From: Anthoceros angustus
Taxonomy: Eukaryota; Plantae; Anthocerotophyta
DNA: 64,000 bases
NCBI GenBank assembly: GCA_010909165.1
Contig: MU008174.1
Location: 1-64,000 of the forward strand
Reading direction: 5' to 3'
Shown in pieces: positions 23,167 through 37,500 of this stretch (within the stretch, counting starts at the first letter, position 1; every line of letters begins with the position of its first letter). The notes beneath the pieces were generated by a model. It did not search any database. It had not been told where the DNA came from and saw nothing but the letters and a program-made list of their open reading frames with translations. The position numbers and the translations under genes were made by a program.

Positions 23167-24309
23167 CCGGTTATTCTGCGAGGTTGTGATTTGATGTCAA
23201 AGCTGATTCGTAGCCGGGCAATTGTTTGGGGTGGTTGCCCGCCTGTATGTGGTTTGATTCGTCTTGGTGCCACAGCGGCTCAGCAGTTAAGTCTTACTGC
23301 CACGCATGTTTTGCAGACGCAGGAGAGCTTCAATGAAAGGCAGACTTCTTCCGTCATCGGGATCACAGCAAGAAGTGTGATTCTGGTGGTTACCCTTCTC
23401 AGTGAGAAGGGTCCTGGTGGAACTCCTAGACCTTGGATTGCCAGTGTAGGACACAACTTCCAAAACTCTGTACGTATTGGTTTGGATTCGGAAGCTCACG
23501 TGAATTATGCTAGAGCAGGACTTTCATCAAAGATGTTACGATGTACAAGTTCATTCCAGCATCTAATTTGAGTGCTTTGCGGTAGAAAAAAAGCCGCTTC
23601 TCTTGGCTTAGATGATACCATGTCGGAAGATTGGACCTCTTGCACAGGTGATTGAGATGGTGCTTAGACCAGCGTCTCTATTCAGAACCTTCTCCAGTTT
23701 ACGAGTCATTGTCTCTGATGATATGCCTACAACAGCAGAAAGAGCCAGCATGTGAATGTGAAGGTAGGGGGAAAGGTGCATCTCTCAGGTTGAAGACGTG
23801 CACGCTCTCGGGTTCATCCCTCACTTCATCTAGTACTTCTCCATCCATGGAGTTGATGCTGCAGCCTGTGACAAATGCATTGCGTGTACAAACATTCTTC
23901 ACAGCATGGGAGGTGCCTCCGCACAGTCGGGAGGATTGACGACCCTGAATAGCAGATGCTTCTGTCCAAACACGCCCAACCTGGCTTCACTTGCTGAGCA
24001 AACAACAATCACCAACTCCAAAAAAAACAAGCACCAACTCCGAAAAAAACTAGCGCTTGAGAAATGCAGCCACTAGAAATTTGAAGGCAGTTTAATAGGG
24101 CTTAACTCACGTTCTTGTATGACAAATGCACGAGGATTGTTTTTTTTGCCCGCGTGCATCTTGCCATATAGGGCGGCGAGACTGAACTGGGATTCCAGGG
24201 TAGTTAGAAGATGAAGAAAAGTCTATTATAGTCCACTTGGATGGAATTGTTTTGTCATGGGACAAGGTACTGAAAACTTGTACTGTGGTGTGTCTAAACA
24301 CCACATCTA

Positions 24310-26720
24310 AGTATTGATCTTCATGAATATTGTTCTGTCACGAGGTGTAGGCCAAGATGCGGGTGCAGCTGCCATGGGTCGCATTCTTGGGGTTAGCAGA
24401 CGAGTTGTAGCACGGCATGTTCAAGCTCATCACGAAATACACAGGGCTGAGGAGGATGTGAGATGGTGTGGGGGAGGACGGAAGGTGAGCGCAGTCGTTG
24501 GCGCTTGATGAAGGGGTGTTGAACAATTTTGGGAGCAATCATCACGTCCTTCTTGAACTCTAAGACGCAGCAACGTGTGGCGCCATTTGTGTTTCGCAAG
24601 CACATCATCCATTTCCTCGATACCTCACAGGTGACCGCTTGTTCTGTTTTCCATTGCTGGACACCATAGCCTGGTATGTAGAGTGTCTACCGCTTGTTGC
24701 TGGGGGATGGTCTTTAGGGTCTATTGTCTAGATGCCTTGTGCAAATTTTTGACTCAGGTGTCACTTGGGGTGAGCGGACTCCTGCCACCTTGTGCCTCAG
24801 GCTATATATGTTGTGCTCGTGTTGTCGCGGGCTCTGTGCTTGATTACACTTTGCTTGTAAAGTTTGTCACTTCATGCGGTGGAATGGCAGACTTTGTGGC
24901 TGCCTAGACCACATGCCCCGATCCAGGCTGCAGTTCAAGTGTCAATGGTGCACCTGCATGTGCCTTGCTTGTATATGCTCTCCCACAGACTGATGAGCGA
25001 TGGTTGTTGCTGACGCAGATGGAGTTCTTCCTCCGATTTAATAAGGAGCATCCTGAGATCAAGATAGCCCAGCGCGTGTTCGAGAGGTTGAAACCCTTTT
25101 ACATCAAATCCCTGCAGGAGCGCAATGTATGTTGCTGCAGGTATCACGTTGAAATGGCATTTCTAAAGGATGCGCTCAACCAACTGCGGGGTGTCCAGTC
25201 AAAGGTTCACCCAAGGTCTGCATGCTTGTGTGCCTGTGTTGTCTGCGGAGGTGAGAACGCTTCACAAGACCAGTGTGCAGCAGGGCGTAGTTGCTTTGGC
25301 TCAGTGCGGGAAATGGTGCATAGTGTATTGTGCCCTAAAGCACCAGACGACGACTTCCATAAGCGGAAGTGTTTAATGGGGAACTATAACTTGTGCGGAG
25401 TTCAAAAGCTTCAGTTCTGCCTGAAAGAGGTTAATGCAACCTTGTTGCCTACTGCAGCATTGAAGTGGCGTTGTTTTGAATACCAAAACGTCGGGCAAAA
25501 TGAAGACGGCACTTCCAAGTCCCGAATCAAGCTTATATACAGGGAAACTCACTCATATGAAATGGTAGAGTTTCTCAAAGGGAAGTTGAAACATTTCATC
25601 ACTCATGATTTCGTTCAGAGATGGCAAGCTTTGGAGTTCCGCAAGTGTTTGGAGTGGTTTCCAGAGGATGTCATTGTGTCACCATTGATTTTTCACAAAA
25701 CTATGCTTTCCAAGTGCGTAACGAGATCCAAAGCATGCATTGGCATAATGATCAGTTACCATTCTTGTCCATTTCTTACATGAGGATCGTCCAATTGTGG
25801 AGGAGGACCCATTTTGCAATGTTCAAAAGTTCTACATCATTTTACATTAGCGATGATGACACACTATTTGTCCAACATTGTCTCATGGTTCACTGGAATG
25901 GTTGAGAAGCTATACTAGACCACGGAGCACCGGATGTGGAGTGATGGGGCCGCATCCCGCTCAAGGCTTGCGTTGTTATTTTGTGGCCGACACCGCCTAA
26001 TCAAGGGTGCAACATGTTGTGGAGTTATTTTGGATCGTCATGGAAGGGAGAACATGATGGTGCAGAGCCATACTAAAGAGAGCATCAAGCCAAGAATTGT
26101 CTCCGCCTCGTGAGGTTGGCCGATGTGGTGGATTTTCTACCGCTGTCTCTAACGGGCAACATCTTCGACACCGCACATGTGCAAGCGAATTTTTGGCTTG
26201 TTGAAAAACCGAGGTAAACCAAGATGAGGTGGGGTGTGCGATACCAGTTCCAAAAGCATGCACTCCATTTATGGGTATTCTCGGATGCTTTGAATCCAGA
26301 CTCAAAATGCGACACTTTGCTTTGGTGCTTGCATGGAGTGACCATGCGAGACAAAGGCTCGCTGGAATTTGGCAATGTGACCTTGAAGCTGATTGGTGAT
26401 GTGTAGAATTGCAACGCAGGTGGAACCTTGTCGATTCGAACATCGCGAGGCGGTGAACTAGCCAGAGGAAGCCACAGAGGATGTCACCGAGATGGCCGAG
26501 CTTTTGGAGGAGGCGATAACTTTGTTGTGCTGCAGACACAAAGGATGAAGGGTCAACCTTCTACTTGGTCAAGTGCATCGAGTCTTGTCACAAAACAGAT
26601 GTGCTTAGAATGTATTCCTGGAGCAATTATACTTTCCTTCTAGGTGATGAAATAGTAGTAGGCCAAGATACTGGGGCTTGGTTGAGCCGGATCTCTTTAC
26701 ACACTAGACCTTAATGAGGC
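24310..26720 (+). mobile_element. Degenerate Sola-like (Sola2-type motifs) DDD transposase with an intron (24631-25018)
   Basis: ...HFLDTSQ|MEFFLRF...LKPFYIK, CCCRYH, IDFSQNYAFQVRNEIQSMHW, YISDD, WSDGAAS, HG.GEHDGA motifs across frameshifts. Confidence 0.65.
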
Positions 26721-27688
26721 AGAGTGCATACTCCGCACATGTGTGCACTTTGCAAGTTTGCACTCTTGGATGGTAGACTGGACGTGAGGTATTTCGCTAG
26801 ATGCGTATACTAGACACATTCGATCTATGATAGCAATTAGGAATGTGTGTGAGACGCTTATTGATGCCGGATGGCACCTATTGGAACCATGTGCCATATT
26901 GCCTCGTTATCCATACCTGAATGGCATCCAAATTCTGTGGTGGATCCTTCACAGTTTGTGTTGTGTATGCCACAAAACATGCACAGCGGTGCACACTATG
27001 TGAGCGCGATATTGGTGCCCCTAAGCCTCGCTGATGTATATCTCTTCTCGGGCGATAATCGATGCATCACACCGAGACATCTTCCACATCACCTTCTTAC
27101 CGTGCGCTTAAAGATTCAACGACATGGTCGCTGAGGCAGCGATGAGCGTGGCAAGGGCATGGTGGCTCAACGCCGCAGTGTGTCGATCCATTGGTCTCGC
27201 AGGAGTGCCGCAGAGCAAATAGCGGACTGGCGTATGGGCGGCGGCGTTGATCCGCAAGTTCGGCAAGCCGGAAGGCAAAGAATTCAAGTATTGCCCGGCC
27301 ACGAGCATTTGACCATCGACTATGGCGGACCAGAGGAAGATGCCCCGGATGTGATACCACAGTACAACAAACAGCCCAACAAGTGTCTCACCTTCAGCAG
27401 AAATGGAGATGGCGGCTGCTGATCACCCCACTTGTGGCTCCATCCCTCTAAGTCCCAATCTTGTGATGTATCCATGTATGCACAGCCAAAGTTCTAGGGA
27501 GTCAGCCATGAAGTTGGGTTGTTACCCCTTAGGACAGCAAGTGCATCTGCGTTATTTGCAATCGGTTTCATGACTTGGCTGGAAATGAGACTTCGGTACT
27601 TTCGAACAGAACCAAAGTTGGTTTCTACCCAACGGACTGAGATCTTCATTAGTTTTCACAGAATCAAGGTCGGCATCTGCTATGCACC

Positions 27689-30600
27689 TGTGGAGTGCCA
27701 AATCCGATGTCCGTACTCTTGGCGGCTTGTTTTGTTTTTTTTCGGGTCGTCATAAGAGGGATAGGAGGAGCAGCCAATAAGGCCATTGCCGATTGCACTT
27801 ACGGTAATCCCTAGACTCGGTCCGTCCGTGGCGAGGTCCGACGAGTGGTCCGTCCCGTAGGTCCGACGGAGCGTGGTCCGTCCGCGAGGTCCGACGGAGT
27901 GTGGTCCGGCCCGGGCGAGGTCCGACGGAGTCCGTCCGGGCGAGGTCCGACGGAGTGGTCCGCCCGGCGAGGTCCGACGAGGGTCCGGAGGTCCGACGGA
28001 GTGGTCTGCCCGGCGAGGTCCGGCGGAGTGGTCCGCTCGCTTAGGTCGACGGTGGTCCGTCCAGGCGGATGGAGTGGTCCCGGCAGGGTCGACGGTGGTC
28101 CGCCTTGAGAGGTCCGGCGAGGGGTCTGTCCGGAAGTCCGACCGAGTGGTCTCGCCGGGGTTTAGTTTGCGGCATCGCCGGCATGGATCTGTTTACGAGG
28201 CGGTGGTAAGAAGTCCGCAGTGATGAGTTACGCCCGGGGCCACGACTCTGGTATATACATAGGTGGTTAGGATACATACATAAGCGGGTTAGGTTAGGTA
28301 TGGGAGTATATAGGAAGGCTCAAGGCCCAAGACGGCGGACTATCCCGTACCATCTTGGCCCGTGTGCTCTTGCCTTCCGTGCTCGAGGAGCGGAGGAGTT
28401 CTCGCCACCGTGCAGGTGATTAATTGGTGGTAGAGGATGTGTTTAAAGCTCGGTGACGAGCCCGCCAACACGCTTGATGGGTGCACGTCGGACCAGCTCG
28501 GAGGTGCTCGCGGGTGATTTCTCGGTGCGTAGACTAACCTTGGAGGCTGAACGGAGGGGATGCAGTGCACCACTTTGAACGGAAGCCCGGGAGGGGATTA
28601 GGAGGCGCTTTGGAAGCGACTGGCGGAAGCCATCCTGAGGTCACTGGAACGGATGGGGGATGAAATATGGTTCCCAACGTGAAGCGAGGGGGATTAGAGG
28701 CGCTGGGGTGACTCACATGGAAGCCATCCTGAGAAATTGAACGGAGGCCGTGGGGTTGCAGTCGGCTACTTCTCGCGCAACGGAAGCAAGGCAAGGCGGC
28801 TGGTGTGAATACATCGTGGGGTGTTGTGTGACTACGAATGGATAAGGGAGAAGGTCGTGTTACGGCGGTGTGTTGAGGTGGAGTTGTGGCTTGACGAGTT
28901 GAGGAGCGCTGGGCGAGTACGTAGACCGATCAAGGAACGCTGCTTAAACCTGCTATAGTACCGAGAACCGCCAGGGTTTGTGGAAGGTCCGGCAGCCACC
29001 GTCCGACGAGTTGTGGAGGCACACACTTAGGGTTGTGGAGCCGCCGGACCCAACTGATGAAGTCCGCTCGCGATAGGTCAGAGAGTCAGTGAATAAGCAC
29101 GAGACCATTCCCTTGGGAACGGACTCCTTCCTACAACGACACGGATTGTGGCCTACCGCCATATCAAAGTCAACACATTTTGGCGCCTGGAATGGTATCA
29201 TTGGACCGCCGCTCGAGTTAGGGTAGGAGTAGGACGCAGATTGCGGATGGGGATGTAATGGGCGGCCAGGAGTATATGTATAGCAGGGAGGATGCATGGG
29301 GACCTGAGGGTGCGAATCTAGCGGGAGGCCCAAAGATGCTCAAAGGAGAAAGAAGATGGGCACGGGCGGGAGGACGACACATCAACCTCGAGGAGGAGGC
29401 GACTCATCCTCAACGAGGATGAATCTGGTAAAAAGGTTCCCAATGTTGCCGGACTGCACGACACCGAGGAGGTAGTAAAAGATGAGAAGGGAGAGTCCAC
29501 CAAAGAGCGGAGTATTGGGTGTTGGCGAGGCCGCCAAGATGAGAAGGAGTATGTGGTGCCAACCGGTCCGATTTTGGCTTGTTTTCTATGTCACATAAGA
29601 GAGGATAGGGAGGTTAGCCACTGGCCATTTCGCCGATTGCACTTACGGGCAATCCCTAGACCGGTCCGTCCGGCGAGGTCCGGGAGAGGTCCGTCCGGGC
29701 GAGGTCCGACGGAGGTCGTCGGCAGGTCCGACCAGGGTCCGTCGGGCGAGGTCTGACAGTGGTCCCGGCGAGGTCCGGCGGGTCTGGTCGGGCGAGGTCC
29801 GGCGAGGGTCTGCTCGGGCGAGGTCCTGACGGGTCTGCCCGGCGAGGTCGATGATGGTCGCCCGGCGAGGTCGGCCGGAGTGGTCTGCCGGGCGGTCCGA
29901 CGGTCGTGAGGTCCGGCGAGTGGTTCGCCGTGGTTTAGTTTGGTGCATCGCCGGGCATGGATCTCTTGTTTGGCGAAGTACCGGTGGTGCAAGTCCGGCA
30001 GTGATGAGCTACGTCCGGCATACCACGACCTGTGTTAGGGTACATACATGGCGCAGGGTTATATACATAGCGGGTTAGGGTATGGGAGTATATAGGCTCA
30101 AGGCCCAAGACGGCAGGACTATCCAGTACCATCTTGGCCTCCGCTTGCTCCGTGCTGGGAGGAGTGAGTTCCTCGCCACCGCAGGATTAATTGGTGAGAG
30201 GATGTGTTTAAAGCTCGTGACGAGCTCCGCCAACACGCTTGATGCGCAGACTGACTCGAGGAGGTGCTCGCGGTGATTTCTGCGAGACTAACCTGGAGGT
30301 CACGAACGGTGGGGATGCCGCGAAGCCACTTCTCCGCAACGCCGGGCACCGGAGGGGAGGAGGCGGGGCGACTCACGGAAGCCATCCTTGGAGGTCAACG
30401 GAGAGGTGATGCAGTGCCGGGCCACTTCTCGCAGTAACGTGAAGCGTGGGAGGGGATTAGGAGGCGCTTGGGGTGACTCGGAAGCCATCCTTGGAGGCTT
30501 GAACGGAGGTCAGGGGTTGCAGTGCAAAGCTACTTCTCCAGTAACGAAGCCGGCAAGGCGCAGCGTGAATACATCAGCGTGTTGGTGTTGTGACTTAATT

Positions 30601-30947
30601 TGGGAATGGATAAGGGAGAAGGTGTCGCGTGCAGTGTTGAGGTGGAGTTGTGGTCGAGTTGAGGAGCGCTTAGAGTACGTAGACCGACGGGCGAACGCCG
30701 TTAAACCTGCTCCGTGAGTAATCGAGAAATCCGGGCGGGGTTTGTGGGAAGGTCCTGGTCGCGCTACCGTCCGACGAGTTGTGGAGGGGCACACACTTAG
30801 GGTTGTGGAGCCGGGACCCAACCCGATGAAGTCCGTTCGCGTATAGGTCAGAGCTCGTGCGTAATAAGCACGAGACCATTCCCTTGGGAACGGACTCCTT
30901 CCTACAACGGATTCAGGCGCCCGGCCGCCATCGAAAGTCGCGCCACA
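27689..30947 (+). mobile_element. Non-autonomous LTR element: two ~1.4-kb LTRs (27689-29177, 29552-30947) around a ~375-bp internal region
   Basis: Long direct repeats starting TGTGG and ending ACA; PBS-like tggcgcc after LTR1; purine tract before LTR2; LTR end resembles the reverse complement of 56673-56745; no TSD found. Confidence 0.7.
27820..28150 (+). repeat. GC-rich minisatellite inside the LTR (second copy at 29660-29925)
   Basis: Tandem ggcgaggtccgacggagtggtccg-like units. Confidence 0.85.
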
Positions 30948-30999
30948 AAGACTGATCATGAGTGTGCACAAGTGCAATTCTTCCGAGTAGTGATGATAG

Positions 31000-31560
31000 G
31001 ACCCAATCGTATCGTGGGATTAAAGGATGTCTTCAATGTCTATATGTGACTAAACAAGATGTGAGAACTACTGATCAAGCGATCCGATTTGAAATTAGAT
31101 CGCAAAAAAGAGAATCCGTGCAATATGTCAATGTCTCAGAACCTTCTCGATCAACAAAGAGGAAGCTACATAGGGGGCTCTTTGCATGCAGCCTTTAATG
31201 CTACCATTGTCGGGTTCATCCAAAAGGTATCATTCTTGTTGTTGGCCCCATCCTCCTCGTTTCACACCTTTTTTGTCGCTCACCAAGCTGACGGAGGACA
31301 ACCGACTCCAGTCTTCCCCTTGTTCAATAGTTCATACACACCTAGGGACACTTGCCTGTAATAGTTCCCTTCAACAAATTTTGCCCTGGTGGAAGAGCAT
31401 CACTGCTCCAACAACTGGTGTGGAAGCATAACTGTGAACCCCCCTGATGCACTTCAAGACATAGAAGTCTACGTGGTCATCATTGTCTTCCTCAGCTGCC
31501 ACCATGTAGTTGTCTCCTGCTCCAATTGCTGCATCGCTGGGGTCCATCGCTCGCAACCAC
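31000..31560 (-). mobile_element. C-terminal fragment of a second Sola-like transposase
   Basis: GDNYMVAAEEDNDDHVDFYVLKC parallels the DNFVV...STFYLVKCIE segment near 26510-26585. Confidence 0.5.
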
Positions 31561-34500
31561 CTCGATTTTATCGTCGCTTTGTCTTAGTCGATTGTCTTGA
31601 CTTTTGCTTGACTCGGGCGCGACTTTTGGCTTACTTCCGCCACCGCGCACAATCCGTGTCGCTAGGAAGGAGTTCGCTCAAGGGAATGACAAGCCCGCTT
31701 GCGCTGCTTCGTGCGATTCTCGCCTTACTTTGCGTCTGCTCGCCCCAACGCTGCACCTCCTCAGTTCCACGCCTAACTACTCGCAAACACCGCAGTCGAA
31801 TGGCTAAACGCTTAAGGACCTGTCATTCTGCTTGCCTCACGCTCATACACATCTCTCGTCCGCTGCCTCCTCCACTCACACTACACTTATCGCCTTAAGG
31901 AAAGACGCTGGTTACACAGGACCTCCTCCTCACGCCTCACCGGGCCTCCCGGCTCAGACGCCTCCCGAGTCCCTCCGGCCACACGCCCGGCCTCGTCGGC
32001 TGGGCCGCTGCTCGACGAGCACGGGTCCCACCCTTCCCCGCACACACCACAACACGCTAGGTCCATCACCAGACCCTTATCAATCCTCCCGAGCCGTGCT
32101 CGCCAAAGGACTCAGACTCACGCTAGCAAGAAGACACACAAGGTAAGAACGCTGCATCAACACCAAGAGAAAGATGATTTTATCTGTGCACGCCCTCTTA
32201 TACTACGCCTGTGTCGGCGCCTTTATTACATCCCCTATTCTCGATGGCCAAGATGCCCTAATCGCCGCCTACCATCCTATTCCCTTCCCCTATCTCCTTA
32301 CGGTGGGCTGGAAGGTCCCGATTCCGCCTTGGGATTGGTGGTCCAATCTCCGTCTCCGATAGCGGCGCACTAATCGGATGATCCGCGAGGCGGGACCTCC
32401 TCTCCCGAATCTCACGTTGGCTATCGGCGTTTGACGACCGCTACACACGACGTCATCCTCCCCCTCCTCCTGGGTGGTCCTCCTGGGCCACCGCCTCTCC
32501 CGTAAGTCGGGGCTCCTCCATCGCCAAGTCCCGACCTCGAGGTCCGGCCTCGACTCCGAGCCTGAACCTGTGGGTCCGGCTTATTTCGAGTCCCACGGCC
32601 GGGTCCGCCTCGGGTTCTGGACCGTGGTCCGAACTTACACGGGTCCGGCCCCAAGCTCCGGACCCCTTTCCTGGGACCTGTGATCGCTAGGTCCTCCTCC
32701 TTACCCCCGACCCTTGTCTTGTCTGGGTTGGCTCCTCCAGACCCTTTCAGCCGCCACCCCCTTCTCCGGGAGGTGGTGAACTTACTGGGGTCCGCCAAGG
32801 CCCTCCTCTTGGGCTCTCTCCTCGCCGGTTGCTCCAAACAGGGCCCCTAGGGTGGTCCCCTGCGGTTGCCCCTGCCCTTCTTCCCTCCGAGCCTTCCAGG
32901 TCCGGTCTATTTGCCGGGCCGAGAGGCCTCACCGCTTCGTGGAGCCTGGTAATAGGCAAAGTCCGAATCCACTTGGATTGCCTCTTCCACGCGCGCCCGG
33001 AGCACCCGATACTCCTTCGCCATAGGTGCTCCGCGAGCCTCGCCGCTCGCTTGTTGCTCCACCTCCCCGCCAGTTTGATAGCCGAGCCGGCCGCTCGCGA
33101 GGTCGCAAGGCCGCCACCTCGCAGCCTGCCGCCGCCGTTGCTCCACCCGCTCCAACTCCTCCGCCTGCTCACGCTTGCCGCCATAGCGCAGCTCCCTTCC
33201 GACTTCCTCACCGACCAGCCTTCTTCGCCCAGCCGCTTTTTTGTCCATTCTCCGTCAGTAACTCCGCCATCTCCCGCCTGCATTTGGCCGGGCAACATCA
33301 CCGCGGCTTCGCCAGTCTTTCTCCATCTCGGCGACGCCCGCTCCCCTGCTCCATCGCTGCATCACCCGCCAACAGAGCCGTGAGCCGATTATTGCCCGCC
33401 ATGACCATGTCCCGCAGACTACCATTCCTCTCAATGATAGTTTGGAGCCCCAAAGTCTCCTTGCGGTCCTCCATCTCCCGCTTGCCCACCTCCCGGAGTC
33501 AGTCCTGAGGTCCTTGTCGCGGTGGCAAGCGCATAAGGGGCCATGTGCCATGCTAATCAAGACGAAATTGCACTCACAACCCTGACAGAGAAATCGACAC
33601 GGGCTAACAAAACGGTAAAGCGGAAAGAAATGGAGTGCAAAATGGGAGTAGTCCTTATCTAGGCACAAACCCATCACTGTCCCTTTACCAAAGGTTCCGT
33701 ACGGAAGAACCCCTTGGGATCCGTATGGGCTGCTCAATCGAACAAACATGAATCCGGTTTTTCACGTGACCTATGCCCCTTTTATCCTACCTCACGCGTT
33801 TGATGAACGATGGCGCCCGATCGGGCGTGTGACGCTAATCCGAAATCGTGCATTATTGCCGCCGCCGTGCTTTGGGCAATAATGCCGCCGCGTGACTCAC
33901 AATCGATCTGCCCTTGATGCCCGCTGTCTTCACCATTCACATACACACATCGCACATGACATACATGCTGTGAACACATACCATGCCGACTATGCGCATG
34001 GTGCACATACACACATTAATCCGACATGAGATGCTCCACGCCGTGTCATGGCTACGCGGTGGCAAAGATAGCGCTCATGACAAGGGGCCATGTGCTAATC
34101 AAGACGAAATTGCACTCACGATTAAGAGAAATCGTATTACCGAGGCTAACAAAGCGGTATACCGCCAAAAGAGCCAGTGATTCTCGCTGACTTTGGCATT
34201 CAAACTCCATAGAACCTACGATAAAATCTTGAAACATGCTATCGCCAGAATCGGGTTCAAGGTCGCTCATGCTCCTGTGCGACCCATGGCCAACAAGGCG
34301 GCCACCCGCCTTTCTTGAGGATCAAAGTACTGCCCACCGTGCCTTTCCTGGCCGCCGCTCTCTAGCTCGATGACGAGCCATCGCCTCTTCTTCGCCACCG
34401 CCGAGCTGCTTTTACCCGGCAAGACCTGGTCCATTCAACCCATTCACGTATTGTTTTCAATACACCGAGCACGCAAGTAATCGCCAACACATTGTTATTT

Positions 34501-37500
34501 AACAAGTACCAGATTGTGGTTTGCTCATCCCATTCCGTAATCCCCGTCTGTAGACATGTAAACAAATGATAAAAGGCCCTGGTAGCCAATGGCATACCGC
34601 CCGCTTTCCCGATGCAAGTGGTGAGCTATTTCAAATCACAAGAAATCGGCGGTGTTTCTCTCGTGTTGTAAACCGTAAATCCTTCTTGAGGCGTTGATCA
34701 AAACTCGGTGCATGAAGAGGTGATGCTCCAACTTTCAAACGCTTCTCCTCAGAATCGGGTCCGGACAAATGTTTGTCTATTCATACTGCGCTCAAACAAA
34801 CTCGCGATCATACGGGAAGTTCGATGTTACATGTCTCATGATGAGACTCCACATATAAAAACGCTTGTAGCTCCAAGAATGTTTCGGCCTCTCTGGTTTT
34901 CTGGATTGTATTTATGCGACCAAAGGAACCGCCACTTGTCCTCCCAAGGACATTCGAAATTGAGGAACACTATGTCGCAGCTTTTAAAGCAGTTTTGCTG
35001 TGTAATCCGCCTCTGGATCCATAATAAGCCAACTATCCTTACGAAGGTAGGCTGGTTACACTTGCATGACTCAAGCCTAGCAGACCGACTCACAAGAAGC
35101 GTGCCTCTGCACCCGACGCCTCGCATGAGTCAATTTCCCTTAGCAAAGCAAGCGAACCACGCTTATGCAAGAATGAATGTCGGGCCAGCGACCATGGCGC
35201 CTTAACAACTCTTCACCGCCGGAAACCTCCACGCTCACCGTTAGGCCTTCCTTTCGATCGTCACCGTCATCGATACCGCTGAGATCTTGACACAACTTGG
35301 ATATCGTCACGTCTTGGCCTGAATCGCATTCAATCGATGCTTGCGCCTTTACCTTTTTTCGCTTTGCTGCTTCCTTCGCGGGATCGGTGGATGCGCCTTG
35401 TTGGCGCACTACGGCAATCCCTTACGAGTTGTGCAATCCTCGATTGGGTTTTGACGGCGCCGTCGGTGCTTCTTCGCCCCCAAGACCTTTTGTCACTCCA
35501 CCGCACTTGTCCCTTCACCACCGCCACAGTGACCCCCGAGACCCACTTTGGGCAAGGGCTGGTTCTCATCACCCTCACATCCTCCTCGTGTCATCCGCTT
35601 GATCACCCTTCACTCTCCACACACTCGCGTTTTGTGCCGGAACAGCGGCTTTTGTGCAGGGTAACCTAATTTCTTGTGGCGGGCAGCTCTCGGGCGGGTG
35701 ACATGCGGAGCTCCCACCGAGTGAAAGGCACCGATGCGAAAACCAATCTCCATCCGGAATCTCTTTGAGCGGTGGGCGCAAACAAAAGATGTGATACCAC
35801 CGTACACCTTTGGTCACGAGAGGGCATTAGTTCAGGATACGTGATGTGGCCACAGAACCGCAAGGTAGGTCAAGGGTGGCCTCCACGCTTGTGGTTGCGT
35901 CGTGTCAAGGTTGGGTGACAAGGCGCCAGATGCCGCATGTGCTCTTTGCGCCGGCTGACCATCCCGCCTCAATTCGATTACACCTTGCTCTCCGACACGC
36001 CTTTCTGCGTAAGATTAAGTGACCGACGCCAGGTGCGGACGGTCGATGCTGTAAATACACGAAATCTCCCACTTCAAACTTTCTTGCTTTTGGTTTCCAC
36101 GAACCGCCTCTTGTGAAAGCATACCTAAGTTGATCCCGGTGCTGTGCTAACACATACCATGCCGACCATGCGCATGGTGCACATACACACATTAATCCGG
36201 ACATCGTAGATGCTCCACGCCGTGTCATGATACTGTCACGGGTGGCGACATAAGCGCTCATGACAAGGGCCATGTGCCATGCTAATCAAGGCGAAATTGC
36301 ACTCACAACCGATTAAGATAAATCGTGCGGCTAACAAAAGCGGCGGTGCCGGCGGCCCCGCAAAGGCGGTCACGTATTCACGGGCGGCGCGCAGCATTCA
36401 AATCCATAGAACCTACGATAAAATCTTGAAACATGCTATCGCGTGCGGGGTTGAAGGTCGCTCATGCTCTGCGACCCATGGCCAACAAAGCGGCCACCCG
36501 CCTTTCTTGAGATCAAAGTACTCGTCACACTGCCTTTCCGATCACGCTTCTCTCTAGCTCGATGGCGAGCCATCGGTTCCTCTTCTTCGTCCATCGAGCT
36601 CGTTTTACACAGCAAGACCTGGTCCATTCAACCCATTCACGTAGTATTGTTTTCAATACGACGCATAGTAATCGCCAACATTGTTATTTAGTACCGGCAT
36701 TGATCGGTTCATCCCATTCCGAATCACTGTCGTAGACATGTAAGCGGCCGATAAAAGGCCCTTGGGTAGCCAATGGCATACCGCCCGCTTTCTCCGATGC
36801 AAGTGGTGAGCCACACTTTCAAGCTGCGCCGTCGGCGGGTTTCTCTCGTTGTTTAATCCTTCTTGAGGCCGGTGATCAAAACACGGGTGCATGAAGAGGT
36901 GATGCTCCAACTTCCGCTCCCTCACGATGGCGGTCCGGACAAATGTTTGTCTATTCATACCTCGCAAGCTCAAACAAATCCACATGATCATACGGGAAGT
37001 TCTCGATGTTACATGTCTCATGATGAGACTCCACATATAGCAAAAGCCTTGTAGCTCAAGAATGTTTGGCCTCTGGTTTTCCTGGATTGTATTTGCGGAC
37101 CAAAGGAACCCGCCACTTGTCCTCCCAAGGACATTGAAATTGAGGAACACTATCTTTGCGGTCTTGAGCAGTTTTGCAGTGTAATCCGCCTCTGGATCCA
37201 TAACAAGCCAACTATCCTTACGAAGGTAGTGATTCTGACTTACATCGACCCCAAACCTAGCACCGACTCACAAAAGCGTGCCCCTCTTGGCAATCGGTGG
37301 CACGCATGAGTCAATTTCCCTTAGCATTGCAAAGCAAGCGAACCGCTATGCGACAATGAATGTGTTTCGATTGCACCATAACAACTCTTCACGGGGTTCC
37401 ACGCTCTCCGTTAAGGCCTTCCTTCGTCACGGTCTGATGCGCGAGATACACGCGCGGATCGCCGCCGAAACACCAATGCGCAATCGATGCTTGCGCGCCT

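Noticed and set aside
27820-29925. CRISPR-like repeat arrays (also 5365-6380)
   Set aside because: Degenerate tandem units without unique spacers, no cas genes, eukaryotic context
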